A DNA stretch of 64,000 nt from Bacteroidales bacterium (GCA_023231065.1 JALNWE010000001.1:13005-77004); one strand, 5' to 3'; positions 28,411 through 37,520 are shown, counted from the stretch's first letter. The notes: a model not told the origin generated them from the letters alone. Program-made: numbers and translations.

Positions 28411-29153
28411 TGAAAACCTTCAGGGCAGACCTACATATTCATACTTTATTATCCCCATGTGGCGACCTGGAGATGAGTCCCGATGTAATCCTGGCCAAAG
28501 CCCGTGAAAAGAATTTGGACCTGATCGGGATTACAGATCATAACAGTACCAGACAATGCCGGGTGATCCGGGAGATGGGCGCTGATTGTGGAATTACTGT
28601 CCTTACCGGAGCCGAAGTAACCACACTGGAAGAAGCCCATTGTCTGGTATATTTCGATACCTTTTGTCAACTCAATGATTTTCAAAAGTTTCTCGACATT
28701 CATCTTCCTAATTTAAAAAATGATGTTAAAAAATTCGGTTATCAGGTATATGTAGATGCCCTGAACAATATTAAAGGAGCTGAAGAACGGTTGCTTATTA
28801 ATGCCCTGGATGCTTCGATTGATGAAGTAGAAAAAGAGGTTCACCGGTTAAATGGCCTTTTTATCCCTGCCCATCTGGATAAACAACGGTTCAGTATCAT
28901 AAGCCAGTTGGGATTCTTGCCACCTGATTTAAAGGTAGATGCTTTGGAAATCTCTCCTTTTACCAGCCCGGACGAATGGGTGTCCGGTCATCCGGAACAT
29001 AAAAAGTATTGCCTTATAAGTGGTTCCGATGCTCATTATCCTGACCAGATCGGAACCCGTATTACTGGTTTTATCATGAACCGGGTAAATTTCGAAGAGA
29101 TCAGAAATGCTTTAAAAGGAGAAAGCAACCGTGAGGTAATAATTATGAACTAA
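28410..29153 (+). CDS. PHP-family metal-dependent phosphoesterase
   Basis: 247 aa. DLHIHTLLSPCGD and GITDHNS motifs. TAATG overlap with the preceding gene. Confidence 0.85.
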   Translation: MKTFRADLHIHTLLSPCGDLEMSPDVILAKAREKNLDLIGITDHNSTRQCRVIREMGADCGITVLTGAEVTTLEEAHCLVYFDTFCQLNDFQKFLDIHLPNLKNDVKKFGYQVYVDALNNIKGAEERLLINALDASIDEVEKEVHRLNGLFIPAHLDKQRFSIISQLGFLPPDLKVDALEISPFTSPDEWVSGHPEHKKYCLISGSDAHYPDQIGTRITGFIMNRVNFEEIRNALKGESNREVIIMN

Positions 29154-29181
29154 TTTTTTACTTTTACAATTAGTTTTTTAT
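29148..29181 (+). terminator. AT-only hairpin + T-run between regulatory and structural halves of locus 2
   Basis: AACTAATT/AATTAGTT 8-bp stem, 12-nt loop, then TTTTAT. Weak because there are no GC pairs. Confidence 0.3.
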
Positions 29182-29239
29182 AAAAAAGTTAATAGAAGAA
29201 CAATAAAATTTTACCATTTTTGCAGTGAAAGATTTAGCA

Positions 29240-29779
29240 ATGCATATCCTGGATATACTTCAGAATTCTTTGAGGGCCAATGCGACAAAAATCGATCTTG
29301 ATATTGATGAGGTCACAACGGCGAACCAGCTGATCATTGCAGTTAGCGATAATGGGAAAGGGATGTCAGAGGAAGTATGCGAAAAGGTTACGGATCCATT
29401 TTACACCTCCCGGACTACCCGAAAAGTCGGCCTTGGCCTTCCTTTATTGAAGCAAAACGCAGAACAAACCGGTGGATCGTTAAGGATAGAAAGTGAAGAA
29501 GGATTAGGGACCCGGGTCACAGCAACCTTTATCCTTAATCACATTGACAGACCGGAGATGGGCGATATAGCGGGAGCTTTAGTACTCACTATAACTGCAA
29601 ACCCGGATATTGAATTCAGTTACAGGCACAGGAAAGACATGCAGAGTTATACTTTTAACACCAGGGAAATAAAAGGAGCGTTGGGGGATTTGCCGCTTAA
29701 TGACCCTCATGTCTATCCCCTTTTGCTGGAGATGGTTCGTGAAAATCTTAAAGAAATTCATGTTGATTGCACAACATAA
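29240..29779 (+). CDS. HATPase_c protein without HisKA domain
   Basis: N box DILQNSLRA, G1 DNGKGM, F box PFYTSR, G2 GLGLPL. The C-terminal ~80 aa are unassigned. Start set at the ATG at 29240. Confidence 0.8.
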   Translation: MHILDILQNSLRANATKIDLDIDEVTTANQLIIAVSDNGKGMSEEVCEKVTDPFYTSRTTRKVGLGLPLLKQNAEQTGGSLRIESEEGLGTRVTATFILNHIDRPEMGDIAGALVLTITANPDIEFSYRHRKDMQSYTFNTREIKGALGDLPLNDPHVYPLLLEMVRENLKEIHVDCTT

Positions 29780-29800
29780 TAAATTTTAAATAAATTGTTT

Positions 29801-30199
29801 ATGGAAAAAATAAAGACACTGGCCGACTTAAAAAAGATGCAGGAAAACTTAAGGGCTAAAATTGATTTAAGGGAAAAGAGCGCGCAACCCGAAACGCATA
29901 TTCAGGTTAAAGTTGCGATGGCAACGTGTGGCATTGCGTCAGGGGCCAAAGAGGTCATGGAGGCGTTTGTTGAAGAGTTCAGCAAACGCAACATAGATGC
30001 CGTGGTGACACAAACAGGTTGTATGGGTTACTGTTACGCCGAACCTACCGTGGAAATAACCAAACCGGGTCAGGACCCGATCACCTTCGGTTATGTCGAT
30101 GTCAAAAAAGTCAGTAAACTGATAGACAAATATATTCTTAACAATGAATTGGTTGATGGGATCATACCGGTCAATTATCAATCCATCGATAAACATTAA
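29801..30199 (+). CDS. thioredoxin-like [2Fe-2S] ferredoxin
   Basis: MATCGIASGA...TGCMGYCYAEP Cys pattern. Start set at the ATG at 29801. Confidence 0.8.
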   Translation: MEKIKTLADLKKMQENLRAKIDLREKSAQPETHIQVKVAMATCGIASGAKEVMEAFVEEFSKRNIDAVVTQTGCMGYCYAEPTVEITKPGQDPITFGYVDVKKVSKLIDKYILNNELVDGIIPVNYQSIDKH

Positions 30200-30217
30200 A
30201 CATCCGGGAGCAATAAT

Positions 30218-32011
30218 ATGGGAAAGATCAAATATCACATGCTGGTTTGCGGCGGGACAGGATGTCACGCTTCACAGAGTGACCAGATCCTGAAAAAATT
30301 TGAAACCCTGATCCATGATAGAGGGTTGGAGAATGAGGTCCAGGTCATCAAAACAGGTTGTTTCGGTTTTTGCGAAAAAGGCCCGATCGTAAAAATGATG
30401 CCTGACAACACTTTTTATACGAAGGTAAAGCTTGATGATTGTGAGGAAATTCTGGAAGAACACATCATCAAGGGCAGAAAGGTAACCCGGTTATTATATG
30501 AAAATCCGGAGACCGGCGAGCATGTCAGCGATTCGAAACACATGGAATTTTATAAGAAGCAGATCCGGATTGCATTGCGTAATTGTGGGTTCATCAATCC
30601 AGAGAACATTGAAGAGTATATCGCCCGTGATGGGTATCAGGCTTTAGGCAAGGTGTTGACCGAGTTATCCCCTGAAGCGACCATTGAAATCATGAAAAAA
30701 TCAGGTCTTCGTGGTCGTGGTGGAGGCGGATTCCCTACTGGTTTAAAATGGGAGATAACCCGTGCTGTAAAATCTGATCAGAAATATGTTGTCTGTAATG
30801 CTGATGAGGGTGACCCAGGCGCCTTTATGGACCGGTCGGTTCTTGAAGGCGATCCTCATTCCGTGCTGGAAGCCATGGCCATCAATGGATATTGTACAGG
30901 CGCTGACAAAGGCCTGGTATATATCCGCGCAGAATACCCACTGGCGGTTGAGCGACTTAAAATTGCCATGAAGCAGGCCCGTGAATATGGTTTGTTAGGG
31001 AAGAATATTTTAGGTACGGGATTTAATTTTGACGTTGAGATACGATATGGGGCAGGTGCATTTGTGTGCGGTGAAGAGACCGCCCTGATCCATTCGATGG
31101 AAGGACTCCGAGGAGAACCCACGGTAAAGCCACCTTTCCCTTCCGAATCGGGCTATCTCGGAAAACCCACCAACGTCAATAATGTTGAAACCTATGCCAA
31201 CGTTCCGGTGATCATCAACAAAGGAGCTGATTGGTTTGCAAAAATCGGGACAGAACGTTCAAAAGGGACCAAAGTATTTGCCCTTGCCGGAAAAATCAAC
31301 AATGTTGGGTTAATCGAAGTCCCCATGGGAATAACCCTCCGTGAAGTCATCTATGAGATCGGTGGCGGAATCAAAAACGACAAAGAGTTCAAGGCGGTTC
31401 AGACTGGCGGGCCATCAGGAGGTATGCTGACGGTGAAAGACCTCGATACTCCCATCGATTATGACAATCTTATTGCCGCTGGTTCCATGATGGGATCAGG
31501 GGGCATGATCGTGATGGACGAAAACGACTGTATGGTTGCGATGGCAAAATTCTATCTGCAGTTTACAGTGGAAGAATCCTGTGGTAAATGTTCCCCATGT
31601 CGTATCGGGAATAAGAGATTATATGAAATGCTTGAGAAGATCACTCAGGGGAATGGCACTCCCGAAGACCTTGACAAATTGAGAAATCTCAGCCAGGTCA
31701 TCAAGGACACCTCTTTATGCGGTCTTGGGCAATCCTCACCGAATCCTGTCCTTTCCAGTCTCAACAATTTTTATGATGAGTACATGGAGCATGTAAACTT
31801 AAAAAAATGCCGTGCAGGAAAATGCAAATCGTTGATGCAATATATTATCAATGCAGAGAATTGTATTGGTTGTACCCTGTGTGCAAGAAATTGTCCTGTC
31901 AACGCAATAACCGGTGAACGCAAACAGGTCCATCTGATTGATCAGGAAAAATGCATCAAATGTGGCGCCTGTATGGAGAAATGTAAATTTAATGCGATTT
32001 ATATCAAATAA
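30218..32011 (+). CDS. hydB: NuoF-like flavoprotein subunit, full-length (locus 2)
   Basis: 597 aa. N-terminal 2Fe-2S (VCGGTGC...TGCFGFCEKGP), GLRGRGGGGFPTGLKW, ESCGKCSPCR and a C-terminal 2x CxxCxxCxxxC. Confidence 0.93.
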   Translation: MGKIKYHMLVCGGTGCHASQSDQILKKFETLIHDRGLENEVQVIKTGCFGFCEKGPIVKMMPDNTFYTKVKLDDCEEILEEHIIKGRKVTRLLYENPETGEHVSDSKHMEFYKKQIRIALRNCGFINPENIEEYIARDGYQALGKVLTELSPEATIEIMKKSGLRGRGGGGFPTGLKWEITRAVKSDQKYVVCNADEGDPGAFMDRSVLEGDPHSVLEAMAINGYCTGADKGLVYIRAEYPLAVERLKIAMKQAREYGLLGKNILGTGFNFDVEIRYGAGAFVCGEETALIHSMEGLRGEPTVKPPFPSESGYLGKPTNVNNVETYANVPVIINKGADWFAKIGTERSKGTKVFALAGKINNVGLIEVPMGITLREVIYEIGGGIKNDKEFKAVQTGGPSGGMLTVKDLDTPIDYDNLIAAGSMMGSGGMIVMDENDCMVAMAKFYLQFTVEESCGKCSPCRIGNKRLYEMLEKITQGNGTPEDLDKLRNLSQVIKDTSLCGLGQSSPNPVLSSLNNFYDEYMEHVNLKKCRAGKCKSLMQYIINAENCIGCTLCARNCPVNAITGERKQVHLIDQEKCIKCGACMEKCKFNAIYIK

Positions 32012-32024
32012 TCAGGAGGAATAC

Positions 32025-33797
32025 ATGGAAATGGTAAAACTGACGATTGACGGAAAGCCCGTTGAAGTCGAAAAAGGCACGACGATTTTAAAGGCAGCCA
32101 AAACTGTTGGCATTGATATACCGACCCTTTGCTTTTTTGAATTAAAGGACATGAGCATTGAAAACCGTCCTGGCGGATGCCGTGTCTGCGTAGTTGAAGT
32201 AAAGGGGCGTCGTAATCTGGCCCCTGCCTGCACAACCATTGTTATGCAAGGCATGGAAGTCAACACGCGCAATATCCGCGTATTAAATGCGCGTAGGACT
32301 GTTCTGGAGCTTATCCTATCTGATCATCCTGCTGAATGTCTCACCTGTGCAAAATCAGGAAATTGTGAACTTCAGAGTTTAGCGCAACAACTTGGTGTCA
32401 GGGAAATACCTTTTCAGGGAGAACAATCAACTTACCGTAAAGATACATCCCCTGCCATTATCCGGGATATTGACAAGTGTATTATGTGCCGGCGGTGTGA
32501 AATGATGTGTAACGACGTTCAGACGGTGGGAGCGCTTTCTGCTGTCAACAGAGGTTTTATGGCAGTGGTAGCCCCTGCTTTTGAAATGAATTTAGAAAAA
32601 TCACCCTGTACTTATTGCGGACAATGTGTATCGGTTTGCCCAACGGGCGCCCTTACAGAAGTTGATCACTCACGCAATGTGATCAATGCCCTTGCTGATC
32701 CTACCAAAACGGTAGTTGTACAGACAGCGCCAGCAGTCCGTGCTGCCCTGGGCGAAGAATTTGGCCTTGCGCCAGGCACTCTTGTAACGGGTAAGATGGT
32801 TGCAGCTCTCAGAAGACTCGGTTTTAACTATGTGTTCGACACTGATTTTGCTGCCGACTTGACTATCATGGAAGAAGGAAGTGAGTTACTCGACCGTCTT
32901 ACCCGTTATCTCAAGGGTGATAAAAGCGTGAAATTGCCTATCCTGACATCATGTTGTCCGGGCTGGGTCAACTTTTTCGAGCATAATTTTCCTGATATGC
33001 TTGATATTCCTTCAACCGCCAAGTCACCTCAACAGATGTTCGGACCAATTGCGAAGGAATACTTCGGAAAGAAGCTTGGTGTTGACAGAAAAAATCTGAT
33101 TGTAGTCTCGATCATGCCGTGTCTGGCAAAGAAATATGAATGCCAGCGTGAAGAATTCAAGGTAAACGGAGATCCTGACGTCAATTTTTCATTGTCAACC
33201 CGTGAGCTTGGCCATTTGATCAAACAGGCGAACATTGATTTTAATTCACTTCCTGATGAGGATTTCGACGATCCATTGGGAGAATCAACCGGAGCCAGTG
33301 TGATCTTTGGAAATACAGGAGGTGTCATTGAAGCTGCCTGCCGTACAGCATACGAGCTGTACACCGGTAAAAAGCTTGAGAAGGTTGAATTCGAAGAACT
33401 CCGGGGCATGGAAGGCATACGTCATGCCACGATTGATTTTGATGGTTTGCCCCTCAATATTGGGATTGCCCATGGATTAGGAAATGCGCGGAAGCTTCTG
33501 GAAGATATTCAGGCCGGAAGAAACCATTTCCATGCCATTGAAATCATGGCCTGTCCTGGTGGATGTATCGGCGGTGGCGGCCAACCATACCACCATGGAG
33601 ATTCAATGATCCTCAAACAACGTGCTGCAGCCCTTTATCGAGAAGATGCAGGAAAGCCCATCCGTAAATCACATGAGAATCCTTTCATTATTGAATTATA
33701 CAAGGAATTCCTGGGTAAACCACTGAGCGAAAAATCGCATCACCTTCTTCACACCCATTATTTTGATAAAAGCGCTGGGGTGTTTGTTGAGGAATAA
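32025..33797 (+). CDS. hydA: [FeFe]-hydrogenase catalytic subunit (locus 2)
   Basis: Start at the ATG at 32025, 5 nt after AGGAGG. P1 TSCCPGW, P2 MPCLAKKYE, P3 EIMACPGGCIGGGGQP. N-terminal 2Fe-2S plus ferredoxin domains. Confidence 0.93.
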   Translation: MEMVKLTIDGKPVEVEKGTTILKAAKTVGIDIPTLCFFELKDMSIENRPGGCRVCVVEVKGRRNLAPACTTIVMQGMEVNTRNIRVLNARRTVLELILSDHPAECLTCAKSGNCELQSLAQQLGVREIPFQGEQSTYRKDTSPAIIRDIDKCIMCRRCEMMCNDVQTVGALSAVNRGFMAVVAPAFEMNLEKSPCTYCGQCVSVCPTGALTEVDHSRNVINALADPTKTVVVQTAPAVRAALGEEFGLAPGTLVTGKMVAALRRLGFNYVFDTDFAADLTIMEEGSELLDRLTRYLKGDKSVKLPILTSCCPGWVNFFEHNFPDMLDIPSTAKSPQQMFGPIAKEYFGKKLGVDRKNLIVVSIMPCLAKKYECQREEFKVNGDPDVNFSLSTRELGHLIKQANIDFNSLPDEDFDDPLGESTGASVIFGNTGGVIEAACRTAYELYTGKKLEKVEFEELRGMEGIRHATIDFDGLPLNIGIAHGLGNARKLLEDIQAGRNHFHAIEIMACPGGCIGGGGQPYHHGDSMILKQRAAALYREDAGKPIRKSHENPFIIELYKEFLGKPLSEKSHHLLHTHYFDKSAGVFVEE

Positions 33798-33839
33798 TAC
33801 AGTTGTAATATCAGAAGTACCTATAAATAAAAGGCAATT

Positions 33840-34319
33840 ATGGCAAAGATTAAATTATCAGAAAAAAAATTGGAGGAGCTCAAGGCAGTCTGCAAATCCT
33901 TTAACAATGAAAAGGGAGAGTTGATTAATGTTCTCCATAAGGCACAAGGAATTTTCGGGTACCTTCCGGCCGAAGTCCAGGAAGTGATTTCCAAAGAACT
34001 GAATGTTTCTGTCGCACATGTATATGGTATTGTAACTTTTTATTCATTTTTCACGATGACTCCCAAAGGAGAGCATCCCGTTTCGATCTGTTTGGGGACA
34101 GCCTGCTATGTCAGAGGCGCTGAAAAAGTATTAGAGGAGTTCAAACGGGTCTTGAAAATCCAGGTTGGTGAAACGACTCCTGATGGGAAATTTTCACTCA
34201 GTTGCCTCCGTTGTGTTGGCGCCTGTGGACTTGCCCCTGTCGTGCTTGTGGGTGAAAAAGTTTATGGACGGGTTTCTCCTGACGGGGTCAAAGATATCGT
34301 TGCAGAATACAACAGCTAA
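33840..34319 (+). CDS. hydC: NuoE-like [2Fe-2S] subunit (locus 2)
   Basis: 159 aa. ICLGTACYVRG...SCLRCVGACGLAP. Confidence 0.9.
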   Translation: MAKIKLSEKKLEELKAVCKSFNNEKGELINVLHKAQGIFGYLPAEVQEVISKELNVSVAHVYGIVTFYSFFTMTPKGEHPVSICLGTACYVRGAEKVLEEFKRVLKIQVGETTPDGKFSLSCLRCVGACGLAPVVLVGEKVYGRVSPDGVKDIVAEYNS

Positions 34320-34345
34320 TTGTCTTTGGTTAATACTTTATGTAA

Positions 34346-34384
34346 AAAGCCTGCAGGGTGGAAATCCTACGGGCTTTTATTTTA
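34346..34384 (+). terminator. intrinsic terminator after hydC (locus 2)
   Basis: GCCTGCAGG...CCTACGGGC imperfect stem (one mismatch, one GU) followed by TTTTATTTT. Confidence 0.65.
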
Positions 34385-34435
34385 CGGGTAATTAGAAAAA
34401 CGCTGAATAGGATGAATGTGTCCAGGTCAGGAATG

Positions 34436-35674
34436 CTAATAAAATTTCATGGTAACCTCTTTGAGGAATTTTTCTTCAAGGGTACGCGCTATACGGTGAA
34501 CCACGGTCCTGCGTAATTCAAGCTCTATGGGTAAAGTCGGATCCTGGTGGGCAATATTAATGTTTGTACCCACAAGAAAATGTATTTCGTCACAATCAAG
34601 GATCATACGGACAATTTCATCGGCAGGCCCCTTCCCCAGTTTGTAATTATTGTGATATTTTTTCAATAGTTCGCTCGTTTTACTAAGTGTCAGGATCCCT
34701 TCGGTGATAAGATCGACACCATTCATATTGGAAACAGGTGGCAAGTCAGGATCAAGCATGACGTTGGTGTCGTGTATTTCTTCGCTCCATTCACGGGCTA
34801 TCATATCGCCTGTGGTTGCGCCACAGATGATTTTTTTCCCCTGAAATTGTTTGAAAACATCGCAAAACAGGGAATCGTTTTCGGGATTTTGAGGAGGGCC
34901 GGAGCAGATCATTATTTTCCGGGGCTCCCTGAAATAGATAACACCGCAACTGATATCGTCCCTGGGATGAAAACCATCATTCATATTGGCCCTGTTGACC
35001 ACCTTGGCGGCCAGGTTGACAGCCGATATATCATGTTCATCCTGGATGGTCTCTAAAACATATTTCTCAAGATTGACTGTCCCCCACCCCAGGGAATATT
35101 TTTCGCTACCCAAACCAGATTGGGTTACGCCATCGGAACAGAAGACGATCCGGTCTTCTTTCTGTGGTTTGTATGATGCTGTAAGAATTTCCCTCCCGCT
35201 CCTTTTACCACCTTCAAGAACAATACAATTCCATTCCGGTTCGTGGATATGGTTACCGCGAAGGACCATGGTTTTTGGGTTCTCGTATTCCAGGATCCGG
35301 ACTTCCCCTTCCACATCAATCTCGATGATAGTAAATGTGGAGTAGTTCATATTCTTCACACTATCAACAGGTAATGTATCTGTAATAATCGCCGCGATCT
35401 TCTGGACACTTTTATGTTCCTGGGTAAAATTCACAGCAAGGGTAGCGGCTAAGGTCCCAAGCATATTGGCTTTAATCCCATGGCCCATTCCGTCGGATAA
35501 AACGACAATGATCCTTCCTTCCTCTTTGATCCTTCGCGAAATAAAAACATCACCACAGACCCGTGCATCTGCATGGCATTTTTGCTGACAGGTTACTTCT
35601 ATGTAAAATCGTTCGTTCAAAGCTGACAGGTATGAGATTTCTCTATTTTCCGGTAGGATTCCGGTATGATTCAA
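34436..35674 (-). CDS. PP2C/SpoIIE-family serine phosphatase with uncharacterised C-terminal domain
   Basis: 412 aa. GDVF...VVLSDGMGHGIKANM and DGV..SG motifs. ~180-aa C-terminal domain of unknown function. Start overlaps the upstream sensor gene by 32 nt. Confidence 0.85.
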   Translation of the reverse strand: MNHTGILPENREISYLSALNERFYIEVTCQQKCHADARVCGDVFISRRIKEEGRIIVVLSDGMGHGIKANMLGTLAATLAVNFTQEHKSVQKIAAIITDTLPVDSVKNMNYSTFTIIEIDVEGEVRILEYENPKTMVLRGNHIHEPEWNCIVLEGGKRSGREILTASYKPQKEDRIVFCSDGVTQSGLGSEKYSLGWGTVNLEKYVLETIQDEHDISAVNLAAKVVNRANMNDGFHPRDDISCGVIYFREPRKIMICSGPPQNPENDSLFCDVFKQFQGKKIICGATTGDMIAREWSEEIHDTNVMLDPDLPPVSNMNGVDLITEGILTLSKTSELLKKYHNNYKLGKGPADEIVRMILDCDEIHFLVGTNINIAHQDPTLPIELELRRTVVHRIARTLEEKFLKEVTMKFY

Positions 35675-37520
35675 TTACCGAATTGAGCATTTGTTCTGTT
35701 TTTGCTGCCCCTTCGCCGAGCAAATAAGCAATTTTCTGAACGGTTTCAAAATTTTCATCGATAACTTCGGTCAGACGATTAATAATTTGTTCTTTTCTGA
35801 CTTCAGGGACATACATGTCGCGCAGGATTCCACCCACATATTTATGGCTCCGGATGGGAAAAATGGAAATGCTGAGCTTATTCTCTTCGTACAAAACATC
35901 TTTATGTTCTATATATTCATCGGTGGAGAGGACATAAGAAAACATTTTATAAATATTGACAGGAAGCAAGGTTTTCAGATCTGCTCCAACCAACCCCGGA
36001 ATAACTTCATCCACCAGGGTCGCTTCTTCGCCAAGGATGCGGATGAATGCCTTGTTGGATTGTATAACTTTTAATTTATCATCAACAATTACAACGCCGG
36101 ATACGAGTTTCTGCAACATGGCAGATACGATATTGTTTGCCTCTTTTTGCGCCTCCTGTTCGTTTTTTGCTTTTTCCTCTGATTCTTTCAGGGCAGCCTG
36201 TGTCTTTGCCAGTTTTTCATTGGTGGCACGAAGGGTCCGGATATATTCCTGTCTGTTTTTTCCGCTAAAGACATGACACATTTCGGTTGTTGCCAATCCC
36301 TGAGCTATGGCAATAGCAAATTCCCGACAATTTGAATAACCGCAGGATTCACAGCCCACCTCGTTGTTTTTATCATCTTCCCGGTGGATCATTTTAAGCA
36401 CTTCCACTATTTTTTGTTCTTCAGGAACTGGTAAGCGTTGATCATCGGCGTTGAATTGCCTTGACAGGTCAAGGTCTTCACAAGCAGCCACCTGATCTTC
36501 CCAGGTATTCTTGTCAAATGTTGTAAGCCGTTTGTTGGCGTAATCAGTAACCAGGGTCATCCGGAGGAATTTTTCCCCAGCTGGCGAGGTACCGGGGCCC
36601 ATCAGGCATCCTTCATCATAAAACATATTAAAATGCCTTTTGATCCTATCAATCCGGGAATCGAATTCCTTCACTGCATCGATCATATCGTTGCGTCCCT
36701 CAGTCGTGATCACATTTCCAGTCAGTAAATCTTCACTGATATTGACACTTTGGAGAATTCCGTTGGCTATCGGATACAGGGAGCCTTTATAACCCAGGGG
36801 AGGGTCAAATTCAGAAAATTCAAGTTGATTTTCCCTGATATTAAACTGCGTGAAAAGTTCACGTAGCTCTACAAAAGTCAAAACTGCATCAATTTTAGCG
36901 TCCCCTTCAAATTTTAACGCTTCTTCCTTAGTAGCGATACAGGGGCCTATAAAGATTATTTTCAGATCCTGACCGTATTTTTTCCGGAGAACCTTGGCAG
37001 TGGCGACCATAGGAGAAACAACCGGTACCAGATTATTGATAAGTTCCGGATAATATTTTTCAATAAAGGCAACAACCGTCGGGCAATTAGCGGAAATGTG
37101 GTAGCGTCCTTTAAAATTCTCGAATATTTCTTTATATTTTCTGGCAACAAGGTCAACGCCGAAAGATACTTCGCTGACGTATGTGAATCCGAGTTGTTTG
37201 ATCATTTCAACGAATTTCCTGTAGTCTGTTATATCATGGAATTCGCCTGAAATTGTAGGGTCGCAGATGGCAGCAATTTTTTGGCCTGATGCCAGCAAGG
37301 CTTTTGTTTCACCGATAGAACTACGGTAAGAAATGGCGCCTGGGGAACAAGCCCTGTAGCAGCTTCCGCAGCCTATGCAACGCGCGGGGATGATGGACGG
37401 AAATTCCGTGTTGACATCAACCCTAATAGCTTTGACGGGGCATATTCTGATGCATGAATAGCATTTGATGCAGGATTCATGATGGATAAGCAGAAGATGA
37501 TCGGTACACATTGTGATCAA
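35643..37520 (-). CDS. hydS: putative sensory [FeFe]-hydrogenase-like protein with C-terminal PAS domain
   Basis: 625 aa. Two ferredoxin Cys motifs, ISANCPTVV / IGPCIATKEE / YDEGCLMGPG, CESCGYSNC-x16-C, a coiled linker, then a PAS-like ~120 aa. Confidence 0.85.
   Translation of the reverse strand: MITMCTDHLLLIHHESCIKCYSCIRICPVKAIRVDVNTEFPSIIPARCIGCGSCYRACSPGAISYRSSIGETKALLASGQKIAAICDPTISGEFHDITDYRKFVEMIKQLGFTYVSEVSFGVDLVARKYKEIFENFKGRYHISANCPTVVAFIEKYYPELINNLVPVVSPMVATAKVLRKKYGQDLKIIFIGPCIATKEEALKFEGDAKIDAVLTFVELRELFTQFNIRENQLEFSEFDPPLGYKGSLYPIANGILQSVNISEDLLTGNVITTEGRNDMIDAVKEFDSRIDRIKRHFNMFYDEGCLMGPGTSPAGEKFLRMTLVTDYANKRLTTFDKNTWEDQVAACEDLDLSRQFNADDQRLPVPEEQKIVEVLKMIHREDDKNNEVGCESCGYSNCREFAIAIAQGLATTEMCHVFSGKNRQEYIRTLRATNEKLAKTQAALKESEEKAKNEQEAQKEANNIVSAMLQKLVSGVVIVDDKLKVIQSNKAFIRILGEEATLVDEVIPGLVGADLKTLLPVNIYKMFSYVLSTDEYIEHKDVLYEENKLSISIFPIRSHKYVGGILRDMYVPEVRKEQIINRLTEVIDENFETVQKIAYLLGEGAAKTEQMLNSVIESYRNPTGK

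Noticed and set aside
31938-32024. N-terminal extensions of the hydA2 track ORF (31938) and the hydA3 track ORF (39826-40125)
   Set aside because: The extensions overlap the C-termini of the hydB genes. Internal ATGs at 32025 (AGGAGG 5 nt upstream) and 40126 give N-termini homologous to HydA1 (M..K/I.L.I.G).
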